Source of the DNA: a virus
Direction: 5' to 3' (one strand)
DNA: 64,000 bases
IMG/VR virus record: IMGVR_UViG_3300042564_000781
Coordinates: 32,001-96,000 of that record
Below the pieces are notes generated by a model. It ran no database searches and had not been told where the DNA came from. It was given only the letters and a program-made list of their open reading frames with translations. This document shows positions 40,101 through 46,983 of this stretch, one piece after another. The translations under genes were made by a program, and so were the position numbers. The first letter of the stretch is position 1. Every line of letters begins with the position of its first letter.

Positions 40101-41946
40101 AGGCGGAACCGGATCTAGTTCAGCAGCTTCTAGTGTAACTGGAATATCTTGGACTACACGTTCATTGCCAACATTAGGATCTGGTAACTACTCAGCAGTG
40201 GCTTTTGGTAACGGACAGTTTGTAGCAATATCAACAGGTTCTACCCTAGCAACCGCAACAAGCACAAACGGCACTACATGGGTAGCCGGAGGTAACTTGC
40301 CATCAGGATTTACTACTGGTACAAGCATTACCTACGGTAATGGACGTTTTGTAGCAATTTGTTCAGCATCTGGAACAGCAACTGCCTACAGTATTGACAA
40401 CGGTACTACATGGAGAAGCTACGGTGTTGGATTACCATCTACACAGACATGGTCCAAAATTAAATATGGTCAAGGACAATTTATAGCAATTGCTACAGGT
40501 AGTACAGTATGTGCTACAAGCCCAGACGGTATCAACTGGACACTACGTACTATGCCAGGTAGCTCGTCTACTTGGTCAACACTATCATTTGGTAATATAA
40601 ACTCTAGACCGTTATGGATTGCTATGAGTTCAACTAGTGGACAAAATGCAGCTTCTATTAATACCGGAGCACAAGCACTAGGACGTATAGCTGTAGCATC
40701 GGGCACAATGACTGAGGTTAGAATGGTTGAACCGGGCAGTGCATATCCTCAGGGAACTGTAACAGCAACTACTGATATTACTAACTTGATTACTGCAGAT
40801 ACTACAGAAAACTTGATTGATAGTCAACCAATTGTATTTTCAAATTGTAACGGCAGTGGCATTGTAACTGAAAAATTATATTATGTAATTGGATCAACTG
40901 TAACTAGCACACAATTTAAGGTTAGTCTAGTGGCAGGAAGTAGCACAGCAGTGGTATTAACCTCAGCTACTGGGTTAACTGGTACTTATAAAGCTGGACC
41001 GATTATAACACAGTTTGATCCTAACAAGGTTATAACAGCATCACTAAACCCACGCACTGGCAACGGTGTACTGGCTAACCCAAGTTTTTACAATAGAGGA
41101 AACACGTTTACCACAGCAACTGGTACATCTGCAGGTGACGGTAATGCTGATCTATATCAGCCTAGTACATTTATTGCCGTTAGAAACTTACACAGAGTAC
41201 CAGCAGCTGGGTCAAATGTGGTATTTGGTTCTTTACCAAGTACCTGGTATAAATTAGTTGCAGCAACAAATGTTCTAGGCAATGCTGGAGAGTATACTGC
41301 TACATTCCAAATTAGCCCAGGAATTAGTGTATTAGAAGCGCCAATTGATGCAGATTTAATAACTACTACTATTAAGTATAGTCAAGTTCGTTTAACTGGA
41401 CATGACTTCTTGTATATTGGTACTGGAAATCAAGCACAGACTAACTATCCGTTTGTTGACCCTACTACTGCTAGTATTGCGGCGCAAACTAATAGTTCAG
41501 GTGGAGGGCGTGTGTTCTTTACAAGTACTGACCAAGACGGAAACTTTAACGTTGGTAACTTGTTTGGAGTTCAACAGTCAACCGGTACTGCTACATTGAA
41601 CGCCGATGCGTTTAACTTATCGGGATTACAATCCTTACAGTTAGGCGCATTGAATATTGGTGTTGGATCAGCAATTATTACACAGTTTAGTACAGATCCG
41701 TATTTTACTGCAAACAGTGATAATATTGTACCTACACAGCGAGCAATTAAATCTTATATTACAGCCCAGATTGGTGGCGGACAGAGCTCATTAAATGTAA
41801 ATACCCTAACAGCAGGTGTTGTGTATATTGCTAATGATTCTATTTCAACAACCAGTGGCGGTCAGTTAAATATAAAAGCAAAAATGAATTTTACAGGTGG
41901 AATTGACGGTGCTCCAGTAGCATTGGGATTCTTTTTACAACGATAA
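31138..41946 (+). CDS. Giant virion structural protein (3602 aa) with eight CxRD helical repeats
   Basis: Same N-terminal repeats, core and C-terminal domain as the 22980 protein, plus eight C-x-R-D...YD repeats at 33427-37700. Confidence 0.8.
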   Translation: MAEFKLGRIRFVWKGQWTVGTPYLIDDVVSNGGKSYICVVNHTASSLFDTDLDYPGVPRWEIVADGTQWNGNWEPETYYNPGAVVKYGALVYICKTGHTSATYVAPTYLGLEDDQVNWELFATSFSWEGTWTTATRYRLNDFVVYGGTTYVCNTPHISAAISASITATNFTVLAGTATLTFASKVVAPYAVGATITLAGFSPAATTSPANNINTTFTVLTCTTTQLTFALTGTYTNSVLGTVSGTSQLGLELDAAKWDTFNQGITYLGDWNSASLPGGANVRYKQNDIVKWGADLWICITPHTSTGATIDTSKFSVFVNGFQFENSWNNSTVYQIGDTITYGGYSYIAKTNHTNKQPTSNPSDWAVFTTGINFVGEYDETTNYRVGDLIRNGAYTYIARLDSLAQTPVSATTYWARLNSGLRWTNTPETYLAVDSVAVLPGVGSGAKFDVTRTGTVYNVTLTSGQAGINYAALDRIKILGSNLGGISPANDITITVVTVSTSAVATFTASGRSVTWTVDTDYLLGDTASFGANSYICIDAHTSSSLNRPDADAQGDYWNLLTAGSEYNILTTTGDLVYYGDNGPERLPVGTNGQVLRSQDGVPVWANYGLINNLVFVGPLGRDVAYPDAGSTIDQPWKSVRYAAKQVEEGYLNPQAKMLLVKNKQFMMKEITNWVNYTYTVRISAADSLDDIFTCITTVNLVVNMPISFTGTIGGVTAGVTYYVKTIVNGTTFTISDLSGGTLRQLTTGSGTMTGSLVYDYAFCERDTGLIVDALIHDITHGGTGKITAAAKAYYTAAGNAYINNNFGAQTTQTVAAYTYLSTLVEKILGNIAWRNYQAMNGITSGVIQIVDTSFTAEAGTSITAAELLSIITNGILAGSVTAIPVAIYPNTTISVKTGTFTEVLPIVISPYTAVVGDELRSSVIQPATANPLLATDKAKTTSALNRIASVAGDIVQNIVVTPTVGNTETQYYVGGYAGSGTTSTAVGAKTTVISTILSGGLGSVPSTVISDPAGYDAGYLNARRLVVANKAFLQAEISAWINVQIAGNIAPFVGFTYGGTDQTNCERDVGYIVDALRYDLTYGGNLETIVAARAYYSYGSYVGDSASKLRALAVQNRIKSIIDNIAVGDNSGWTKSVGNALNQDDSLPHGSVPAGAFAQARIQEIYNTIDTGVTPDTIEPPTSWVSNDLVLAKIAITNLKAGIQAGAIEYISTKYPTLTYNTVTCSRDVGYMVDAVAYDVMFGSNFRSITAGRSYYRATASAQYVIANQLAATLDTITYIDTAIRQITTGQSGSVGSTLAVSRVETSANTMYDIIASGLGSIPTLVLPTPTGGTGNAYDSNYLNARQQIVENYAFIKAEIAQYLNVNYNAVWVALGATGQAGCARDIGYILDGVRYDITYGGNLQSLIVGSAYYSNYVLAIGSGELTATVAAYTRIKTIVGQIAQRQTVTPTVGYSGPSQYLGGTGDLVGTAATFAQDRVQDVIDWVSNGYANATITPSIAWASSALQTAFAEVQAKRSEIQADTLWWVYKNYQNLNFNADLCSRDAGYIVDALSYDLVFGSNFAAITAGRSYQRATPSAQVVATVQRQAELGSVNFIKYKVKHIAASGAVAQINAIVSDVTGFINGGAIPRVQWTNPSTITSAYAAATVLLRDNAPFIQAEITAWINVQIAANASGFVGLQFSRSACERDVGLIIEALVYDLTYGYGVGNIGKIATLIAGKAYYSALTSVLQIDSGDSTATIAAYNRLKAVAQSVVQDTAVTPSAGNSVSQVRAVTGQTVGSVATATSVGTLVDVITNIITNGLTTGVPQITISAVAGGTTFTSGTHNLAVGDVVIPQSTPTTGNGGFGLVSGTRYYVASTPLGTTFTLAAYQGGAAITTFTNGTGLTIAAEINNLPSTSWVSASLVTLRNALQSNKATIKNQITQYIATNYTTLVYNSSTCERDVGLIVDYIAYDMMFDSNYLTITSARSYFRAQASLVVGAQKTATVASYRYLKTLLLTVVANDATATRKIKVLMDIIINTMLNGIGSTSEVTGTITYKNNIGLYNAAESLRLNKEFLASEATSWISANFGGTVTTTTATTNLFTTSSAHNLIVSDPIRFTGSIITSSGVTQNTTYYVLTTPSATTFTLSTSQTLPIPVDVTANGSGSMTVNYAFDVTSCKRDMKEYIDGIIYDLSYTGNYRSLRAAELYNNAVSGSTLANMFYVSNGTGLRNCTLTGLNGTLTEENEYGTKRPTAGAYVALNPGFGPNDSNVWVQTRSHYSQNVTMFGTGCSGAKIDGAIHAGGNRSMVKNDFTTILSDGLGVWVTGANSLTELVSVFNYYGYAGYLAELGGRIRATNGNSSYGTYGTIAEGTDTYEQPIFAVVDNRQQDAVISNVVVNGVLGTILRVEYSNAGVNHTNADIGISGDGINVVTITNEFRDGGVFNTRIFDPNDGSATADYPGYGGSNYVNAINAAQGGSLGELTIANSDVALATAYPTMRIMITAGTGVGQYANILDYNNGTKLVKIYKDSFATLTVTGTAVTNNLLTVASTATLFAGMSIYLGTTVNGLTDNTLYYVRTANFSSTQFSVSLTGAAGTAVTITTTTASGLTIPLYAAGWDHAVPGTTVSNAIDLTSSYIIEPRISYTAPGYTATTRTVPANTYIGSTFGNNKFVAIGNTGTATAYSLDGKTWASGGVLPVSANWGDVIFGGGSGVVASITVGGLGGVGAILTPIMGTANSIGLPGADQVVGVTIVDGGRNYTTAPTIVFTPTNGGLGAVAVCTVLNGKIDAIYIDNVGYPGTSNGSGYNSPPIVTADSSKITKMITSQWGRNYTTPPTVTVSAPVSATAWSSGDAATSGNYYSHANVVGLVTTTNYYQAGATGTFGSVAPTFQTGTGASGTYGVALTYVGTLATGTAVLTNSGVSSITITEPGQGYTSTPTISVVDTSAKFVAISGSGSVDAAYLLASSANTASWTAGNNLPTSTMTGIAYGVLNGVSTYVVVGGTGSSSAASSVTGISWTTRSLPTLGSGNYSAVAFGNGQFVAISTGSTLATATSTNGTTWVAGGNLPSGFTTGTSITYGNGRFVAICSASGTATAYSIDNGTTWRSYGVGLPSTQTWSKIKYGQGQFIAIATGSTVCATSPDGINWTLRTMPGSSSTWSTLSFGNINSRPLWIAMSSTSGQNAASINTGAQALGRIAVASGTMTEVRMVEPGSAYPQGTVTATTDITNLITADTTENLIDSQPIVFSNCNGSGIVTEKLYYVIGSTVTSTQFKVSLVAGSSTAVVLTSATGLTGTYKAGPIITQFDPNKVITASLNPRTGNGVLANPSFYNRGNTFTTATGTSAGDGNADLYQPSTFIAVRNLHRVPAAGSNVVFGSLPSTWYKLVAATNVLGNAGEYTATFQISPGISVLEAPIDADLITTTIKYSQVRLTGHDFLYIGTGNQAQTNYPFVDPTTASIAAQTNSSGGGRVFFTSTDQDGNFNVGNLFGVQQSTGTATLNADAFNLSGLQSLQLGALNIGVGSAIITQFSTDPYFTANSDNIVPTQRAIKSYITAQIGGGQSSLNVNTLTAGVVYIANDSISTTSGGQLNIKAKMNFTGGIDGAPVALGFFLQR
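33427..37700 (+). repeat. Eight protein-level repeats with motif C-x-R-D-x-G-[YL]-[IM]-[VLI]-D-A-x-x-Y-D
   Basis: Cys codons at 33427, 34333, 34813, 35287, 35767, 36202, 36967, 37627; uninterrupted spacings of 160, 158, 160 and 145 aa. Confidence 0.9.
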
Positions 41947-41963
41947 TTTTGGAGAAATAAAAA

Positions 41964-42296
41964 ATGGCAACAGGAAGATTAGGTAATATTGCGGTAGGTG
42001 TGGCAACTAACGCAACGGCATACACCGTGCCGGCGGGATTCTACACAGTTTGTAATGTGACGTTAGTGAATCGAAACGCAACAGCAGTTAGGATTCGAGT
42101 AGCAATGACAACTTCGGGTGGCGCTACGCCAACACCAAACCCACAAGAATGGTTAGAATATGATACTATTGTTGTGCCAGGCGGTGTGTTCGAGCGAACT
42201 GGTCTGGTATTAAATTACGGACTAAATATAGTGGTATATTCAGATGCTGCAAATGTTGGGTGTACAGTATATGGCATCGAAACTTCAACAGTATAA
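41964..42296 (+). CDS. Small virion protein (110 aa), paralog family A copy 3
   Basis: YTVPAG / VTLVNRN / VPGG.FERTGLVL pattern; GGAG SD. Confidence 0.7.
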   Translation: MATGRLGNIAVGVATNATAYTVPAGFYTVCNVTLVNRNATAVRIRVAMTTSGGATPTPNPQEWLEYDTIVVPGGVFERTGLVLNYGLNIVVYSDAANVGCTVYGIETSTV

Positions 42297-42309
42297 TAGG
42301 TGAGATAAT

Positions 42310-44382
42310 ATGGCACGTTTTAACACTACACAATCGACAATTTCAGTAACGGAGGCTACTACACTAACCTACGTACTTGATAAGTCTACAATTTTATTAT
42401 CCGGCACAGCAGGTTACACCTTAACATTATCGACCCCAGTACCATTTCCGGGCACAATTCAAAGTATATACAACTCCACAGGTGGCAATGTAACTATTCA
42501 AACATCAGCTGGAAATATAATTGGTAATGGATTTACGGCTGCTACTACTCAAATTATTCCAAATAATACCACTTATACTCTAACATCAAATGGCACAGAT
42601 TATATTATTACTAATAATCAAGGTGGTCCAATTTCGGTTACAGCTGGTACATTTAGTGGTGCATTAACTGCAAACAGTACAGTATCGTTAAGTCCGGCAA
42701 ACGCAAACGTAACAGCTAGTCCAACAGGATCTGGTACTGTTACTATTGCTCCAGCAACTGCTGGTACAATCAATAATGTAGCAATTGGCGGCACTACTAG
42801 AGGCGCCGGTAATTTTACTACACTAGATGCTAATGCAGCAGTGGGATTAAGCCCATCAAATGCTACTGTAACAATCAGTCCAACTGGTACTGGTACAGTA
42901 GCAATGAGTCCTGCTACTACCGGTAACATTAATAACACAAACATTGGTGGTACTACTCGGGCCGCAGGCGCATTTACCACACTAGGTTCAAATGCACAAG
43001 TGACCATGACTGGTGGCACAACCAGTACTACTACTGGCACTGGTCAAGTAGTTGTAACAGGCGGTGTAGGTGTCAGTGAAAATTTAAACGTTGGCGGTAC
43101 AATTACATCAGCATCCAGCGGCATACAAAATACCCCAATTGGTGGTACTACTCGAGCAGCAGGAGCATTTACTACATTAGCAGCTAACTCAACAATTACA
43201 ATGTCGGGTGCAGCTACTTTTTCTAGTACTATCATTGTACCTGAACCATCAAGTTCAACTCACGCAGCATCTAAAAACTATGTTGATACTAAAATTTCTT
43301 GGTCAACACCTTCAACAATTTATCTTACTAAAACGACTGGTTCAATGTCCTATGCTTTTGCAGCGGGCAACATTGCTGGAGATTCAGTTTCATATAGTTT
43401 AATATCTGGTTCAGTACCAGCAGGCATGAGCCTAGCATCAAATGGTCTTCTTAGTGGGACTCCGTCTGCAACATCAAATACTACTTACACGTTTACTTTA
43501 CGAGCAACTGGCGGATCGCCTACGCAAAACGTTGATAGGGCATTTACCTTTTATCTTATAATACCGCCTCCAGTAGGCCAAATTTTGTATGAAGGATCTC
43601 AAAGCGGTACCAATGGCGGTGTAACAGCATATACATGGGTTGCACCTGCTGGTGTTTCCACAGTGAGTGTGGCTGTAATTGGCGCAGGCGGTGGCGGCTA
43701 TTATGGGTGGGCTGTGTGCGGCGGATCAGGCGGCGGCATGGCATGGGGAGCAGGAATACCTGTCACCCCAGGGTCCAGTTACACAGTTCAAGTTGGAGAC
43801 GGTGGCTGCTGGAGCGGCAACGGTGGCGGATATTCATGTTTTCCAAACTTTATGGGCGGCGGCGGTCGTTGCGGATGTTGCCAAGGATGTTGCGCCTATG
43901 GCGGTTCGTACACTGCTGCCTGCGGTAGTAGTGGTATGGTAGCGTATCCAGATACAGCCGGAGGTGGCGGTGGCGCTGGCGGTTATGGCCCAACTAACTG
44001 TAATGCAGCCACTTCTGGATATCGAGGATGCTACGGCGGTGGTGGCAGCGCAACCAGCCACCACTCATCAACTCACGGCACAGGAGGCGGTGGCGGCACA
44101 GGCATCCTTGGCCAAGGTACAGACGGTGCATGTGGCAATCCCGGCACAGGCCATGGTACATCAGGCGGTGCCGGCCAAGGTGGATCCGGCGGAACTTGTG
44201 GCAAATACGGAGAACCATATTCAAACGGTCAGGGTAACGGATTTGCCTGCGGTGGCAACTATGGTGGCGGCGGAGGCGGAGGCGGAACCGGCCAAGGCGG
44301 CGGCTGGGGCGGCAAAGGTGCAGTCCGTATCATTTGGGGACCGGGCCGATCATATCCAAGCACTGGTACAGCTAATCAATAA
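42310..44382 (+). CDS. Tail fibre/adhesin with Ig-like domain and Gly/Cys-rich tip
   Basis: Three IGGTTR.AG.FTTL repeats, SGSVPAGMSLASNGLLSGTP Ig-like motif, then WVAPAGV..VSVAVIGAGGGG...GGKGAVRIIWG glycine-rich domain with 14 Cys. Confidence 0.75.
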   Translation: MARFNTTQSTISVTEATTLTYVLDKSTILLSGTAGYTLTLSTPVPFPGTIQSIYNSTGGNVTIQTSAGNIIGNGFTAATTQIIPNNTTYTLTSNGTDYIITNNQGGPISVTAGTFSGALTANSTVSLSPANANVTASPTGSGTVTIAPATAGTINNVAIGGTTRGAGNFTTLDANAAVGLSPSNATVTISPTGTGTVAMSPATTGNINNTNIGGTTRAAGAFTTLGSNAQVTMTGGTTSTTTGTGQVVVTGGVGVSENLNVGGTITSASSGIQNTPIGGTTRAAGAFTTLAANSTITMSGAATFSSTIIVPEPSSSTHAASKNYVDTKISWSTPSTIYLTKTTGSMSYAFAAGNIAGDSVSYSLISGSVPAGMSLASNGLLSGTPSATSNTTYTFTLRATGGSPTQNVDRAFTFYLIIPPPVGQILYEGSQSGTNGGVTAYTWVAPAGVSTVSVAVIGAGGGGYYGWAVCGGSGGGMAWGAGIPVTPGSSYTVQVGDGGCWSGNGGGYSCFPNFMGGGGRCGCCQGCCAYGGSYTAACGSSGMVAYPDTAGGGGGAGGYGPTNCNAATSGYRGCYGGGGSATSHHSSTHGTGGGGGTGILGQGTDGACGNPGTGHGTSGGAGQGGSGGTCGKYGEPYSNGQGNGFACGGNYGGGGGGGGTGQGGGWGGKGAVRIIWGPGRSYPSTGTANQ

Positions 44383-44405
44383 TAGAATAACGAGGATAAT
44401 TACTA

Positions 44406-44960
44406 ATGAAAATATATGTAAAGATTGATGAGAATGGAGATCCTGCATCATACCCAATAACCCAAGAAAATTTAAATCATGTCTTTGGAATGGGTACCGA
44501 CTGGGATGACGAATTTGCCTTGACGCAAGGGTTTTCTGTAGTTAATAATTCTGAAATGCCCGCACTTGAAACATACACCGAAGTTACAAAAGGTGAAATT
44601 GTTAAAAACGCCCAAGGTAAAATTGAGCAGATGTGGTCTGTTACGGAAATTTCACGAGAAGAAAAAATAAGAAGATGGATTCTAGGCCCACGAGAATATT
44701 ACTTAATATCTTGCGACTGGACTCAACTCCCTGATGCTCCAATTAGTGATGAAGAAAGGGCACAATGGACAATTTATCGAGCAGCTCTCAGGAACATTAC
44801 CGATACTACTGATATTGATATCTTAAAAGATAGAATTGATGTACCCTGGCCAGAGCCGCCGACAAAACCGTCAAAAGATACCAAGTATGCAATAGCTCCA
44901 CCACCGCTACCAAGATTGGATCCACTTGCACTAATAATACCACCAGTAGAACCGGTATAA
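44406..44960 (+). CDS. Tail fibre assembly chaperone
   Basis: CDWTQLPDAP...W..YR.ALRNI...WPEPP motif typical of phage tail assembly chaperones; follows the fibre gene. Confidence 0.8.
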   Translation: MKIYVKIDENGDPASYPITQENLNHVFGMGTDWDDEFALTQGFSVVNNSEMPALETYTEVTKGEIVKNAQGKIEQMWSVTEISREEKIRRWILGPREYYLISCDWTQLPDAPISDEERAQWTIYRAALRNITDTTDIDILKDRIDVPWPEPPTKPSKDTKYAIAPPPLPRLDPLALIIPPVEPV

Positions 44961-44968
44961 TTATTAAT

Positions 44969-44997
44969 AAAAAACGGACTGTATAGTCCGTTTTTTT
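44969..44997. terminator. Bidirectional intrinsic terminator
   Basis: AAAAAA-CGGACT-GTAT-AGTCCG-TTTTTTT between convergent genes. Confidence 0.9.
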
Positions 44998-45001
44998 ATG
45001 A

Positions 45002-46171
45002 TCAAGAAAAATATTTGTACCCTAAATTTTTATCCCAGTTAATCCAGTGTCTAATGTACCATCTTGCAACAGACCTTTCTTGAATAATTTTTCCATTAGA
45101 AATACATGATTTTATATCTTTAACAGTCTCAGCCCATCGTTGATCAGTTTGCAATTTATTAGTAGTAGTAGCAACCGTAGTTTTCCAAAATTCACTATCA
45201 AAAGTTGAGCCACCGTGATATGCAAAATTAATAAAATTTTCAATATCCTGTGCAGCTTCAGTTAGTCTATAGTTAACATCATCTATTGAACATTGCCCAT
45301 AAATGTAATCAGTTAAGTTTCTCATAACTGTACTGTAAAAATAGCCGGATAGCGCCTCCATCGGTTCAAAGAACAATGCGGCATTACCATTTTTAATTAT
45401 GCGTCCATTAAAAAAACTTTTTGCATAGTAGCTGTTAAATTTAAACTCTTTTAGATTTAAATCTGTAGTATTAAAGATTTTTTCAATATCCGCTACTGCA
45501 TCTTCTCTTGAAGTAATTTTATCGTTATACAAGTAACCCCAACCTTGTCTAGTAGTTAACGGAATACCAAACATCCAACCGTTGGCATGTGCTTGATGAA
45601 TTGTAGTTCCCCATGTGCCTGGTTCATTTATGACGTTTACTAAGCAGTGATTAACAGGATCATTAATGACATTGTAATCTGTTAGGTCTTTTGGAGTTCC
45701 TCTACAGTCGATTACAAAATCAAAATGGTGGCTGACATTGTCAACAGTAACAGTTGCTAGATTAACAGTACTAGTAAGATCAGTAACTGATCCTTCTATT
45801 GTTTTAAATCTATCGCCCCATATTTTTTTAAATCGACCAAAACAAAAATTTTTTAATTTACCATTGTTAAAATGCATAGCATATTGCGGTGGATGCATTA
45901 GGGAAGTAAAGTCTGTATCTCTCCAATTCTTCCAAGTAACTCCTAATTTTAGTGTAGCATCTAGCTTGTCTGCATCTTCTAGTAGTGTAAAGCCAGCGCC
46001 TTCGAACAGCACTGTAGGAAATCCTGGATCCATCGATTCACCTATTTCTAGAATTTTTACATTCGGATCGTATATTGCAGTAACAGTGTCATCCTCATTA
46101 CCTAGCCAACGAAGTGCATGACTCAATGAGGTTATACCAGCAGTACCTACACCTATAACAGCTATTTTCAT
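45002..46171 (-). CDS. Flavin-dependent (tryptophan) halogenase-like protein, short form
   Basis: VIGVGTAG FAD motif, IGES, ATLKLG (catalytic Lys position), WMFGIPL, FFEPMEA. Confidence 0.8.
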   Translation of the reverse strand: MKIAVIGVGTAGITSLSHALRWLGNEDDTVTAIYDPNVKILEIGESMDPGFPTVLFEGAGFTLLEDADKLDATLKLGVTWKNWRDTDFTSLMHPPQYAMHFNNGKLKNFCFGRFKKIWGDRFKTIEGSVTDLTSTVNLATVTVDNVSHHFDFVIDCRGTPKDLTDYNVINDPVNHCLVNVINEPGTWGTTIHQAHANGWMFGIPLTTRQGWGYLYNDKITSREDAVADIEKIFNTTDLNLKEFKFNSYYAKSFFNGRIIKNGNAALFFEPMEALSGYFYSTVMRNLTDYIYGQCSIDDVNYRLTEAAQDIENFINFAYHGGSTFDSEFWKTTVATTTNKLQTDQRWAETVKDIKSCISNGKIIQERSVARWYIRHWINWDKNLGYKYFS

Positions 46172-46896
46172 AATTCTTTTCCAGTTGGGTTATCAAAGAT
46201 TACATAATTATGCCACTCGGGGTGATCATTATGCTCAAACAAATTAACAAATTCTGACAGAGAAATATCGAAAGCAAGGGTAATTCGTTCGGAGTTAGTT
46301 GTACTATGATGCGGAGTAGTGTAGTGCGGAATATTATGTTGAAATAGTGTAATTTTTCCTATCCGATTATAACTAACATATATTTCTGGATCGTTAATTT
46401 GATTTATTGGATTTATATAAACTGTACTAGTATCTTCACATTGCACTGTCACGTGCCCGCCTAAATATGACCATTCATCGGTTGAGTGGATATGCGGACA
46501 CATTTCTTCACTTTCTCGCATTACATTGGCCCAGCATTGTATCATAACATTTGATCTAGGCACATTATATGCTTGAAGAAATTCTAAATATTTCTCATGT
46601 ATTTGAACTTTTAATTTTTCTATCTCTGGTTCTGTCCATGAAAACACATTAAATGACTTCCAGCGCGAGGTTAAACTATCATTACCTAATCCGGTATACG
46701 CAGCAGTTGTTGGCGGAGTTGTGTTAATAATTATCTTTTCTTTTTCTAAGATTATATTTGCAATTTTTTTAAAATCTATACCCTCAATAAAGTTTTCAGC
46801 AAATATATAATGGTAAATTGGGGCAAACGGACTCTTAGGAGGTTTGCTTTTAAATTCTGAGAATTTCCAATTACTATCTCGTACAGTACCATTCAT
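46168..46896 (-). CDS. 2OG-Fe(II) oxygenase family protein
   Basis: CWANVMR...PHIH...IPHYT...ERITLAFD. Confidence 0.75.
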   Translation of the reverse strand: MNGTVRDSNWKFSEFKSKPPKSPFAPIYHYIFAENFIEGIDFKKIANIILEKEKIIINTTPPTTAAYTGLGNDSLTSRWKSFNVFSWTEPEIEKLKVQIHEKYLEFLQAYNVPRSNVMIQCWANVMRESEEMCPHIHSTDEWSYLGGHVTVQCEDTSTVYINPINQINDPEIYVSYNRIGKITLFQHNIPHYTTPHHSTTNSERITLAFDISLSEFVNLFEHNDHPEWHNYVIFDNPTGKEL

Positions 46897-46916
46897 AATA
46901 ACGTAGCCTTGTTGTA

Positions 46917-46968
46917 CAGTTACTTATCAGGAATTCTCACTCCTTGTTAACATCGTGATAAGTAACTG
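46917..46968. promoter_or_regulatory. 13-bp inverted repeat forming divergent late-promoter-like GATAAGTA motifs
   Basis: CAGTTACTTATCA 46917-46929 and TGATAAGTAACTG 46956-46968, 26-nt spacer, each reading outward toward ATG 46896(-) and 46984(+). Confidence 0.65.
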
Positions 46969-46983
46969 CATAGAGGAATACAA

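Noticed and set aside
239-43235. Many minus-strand and short alternative-frame ORFs overlapping the structural genes
   Set aside because: Shadow ORFs from biased codon usage of the real genes; no SD, promoter or recognisable motifs.
12239-44382. Diversity-generating retroelement acting on fibres
   Set aside because: No reverse transcriptase and no ~100-nt template/variable repeat pair with adenine-specific mismatches was seen in this window.
43556-44428. Cluster of overlapping ORFs in several frames (Arg/Trp-rich, Ala-rich)
   Set aside because: Artefact of GC-rich poly-Gly codons lacking stops; only the Gly-rich frame matches a known domain pattern.
46917-46968. Invertible switch or transposon ends
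   Set aside because: Spacer is only 26 nt and no recombinase or transposase is present; divergent promoters explain it better.
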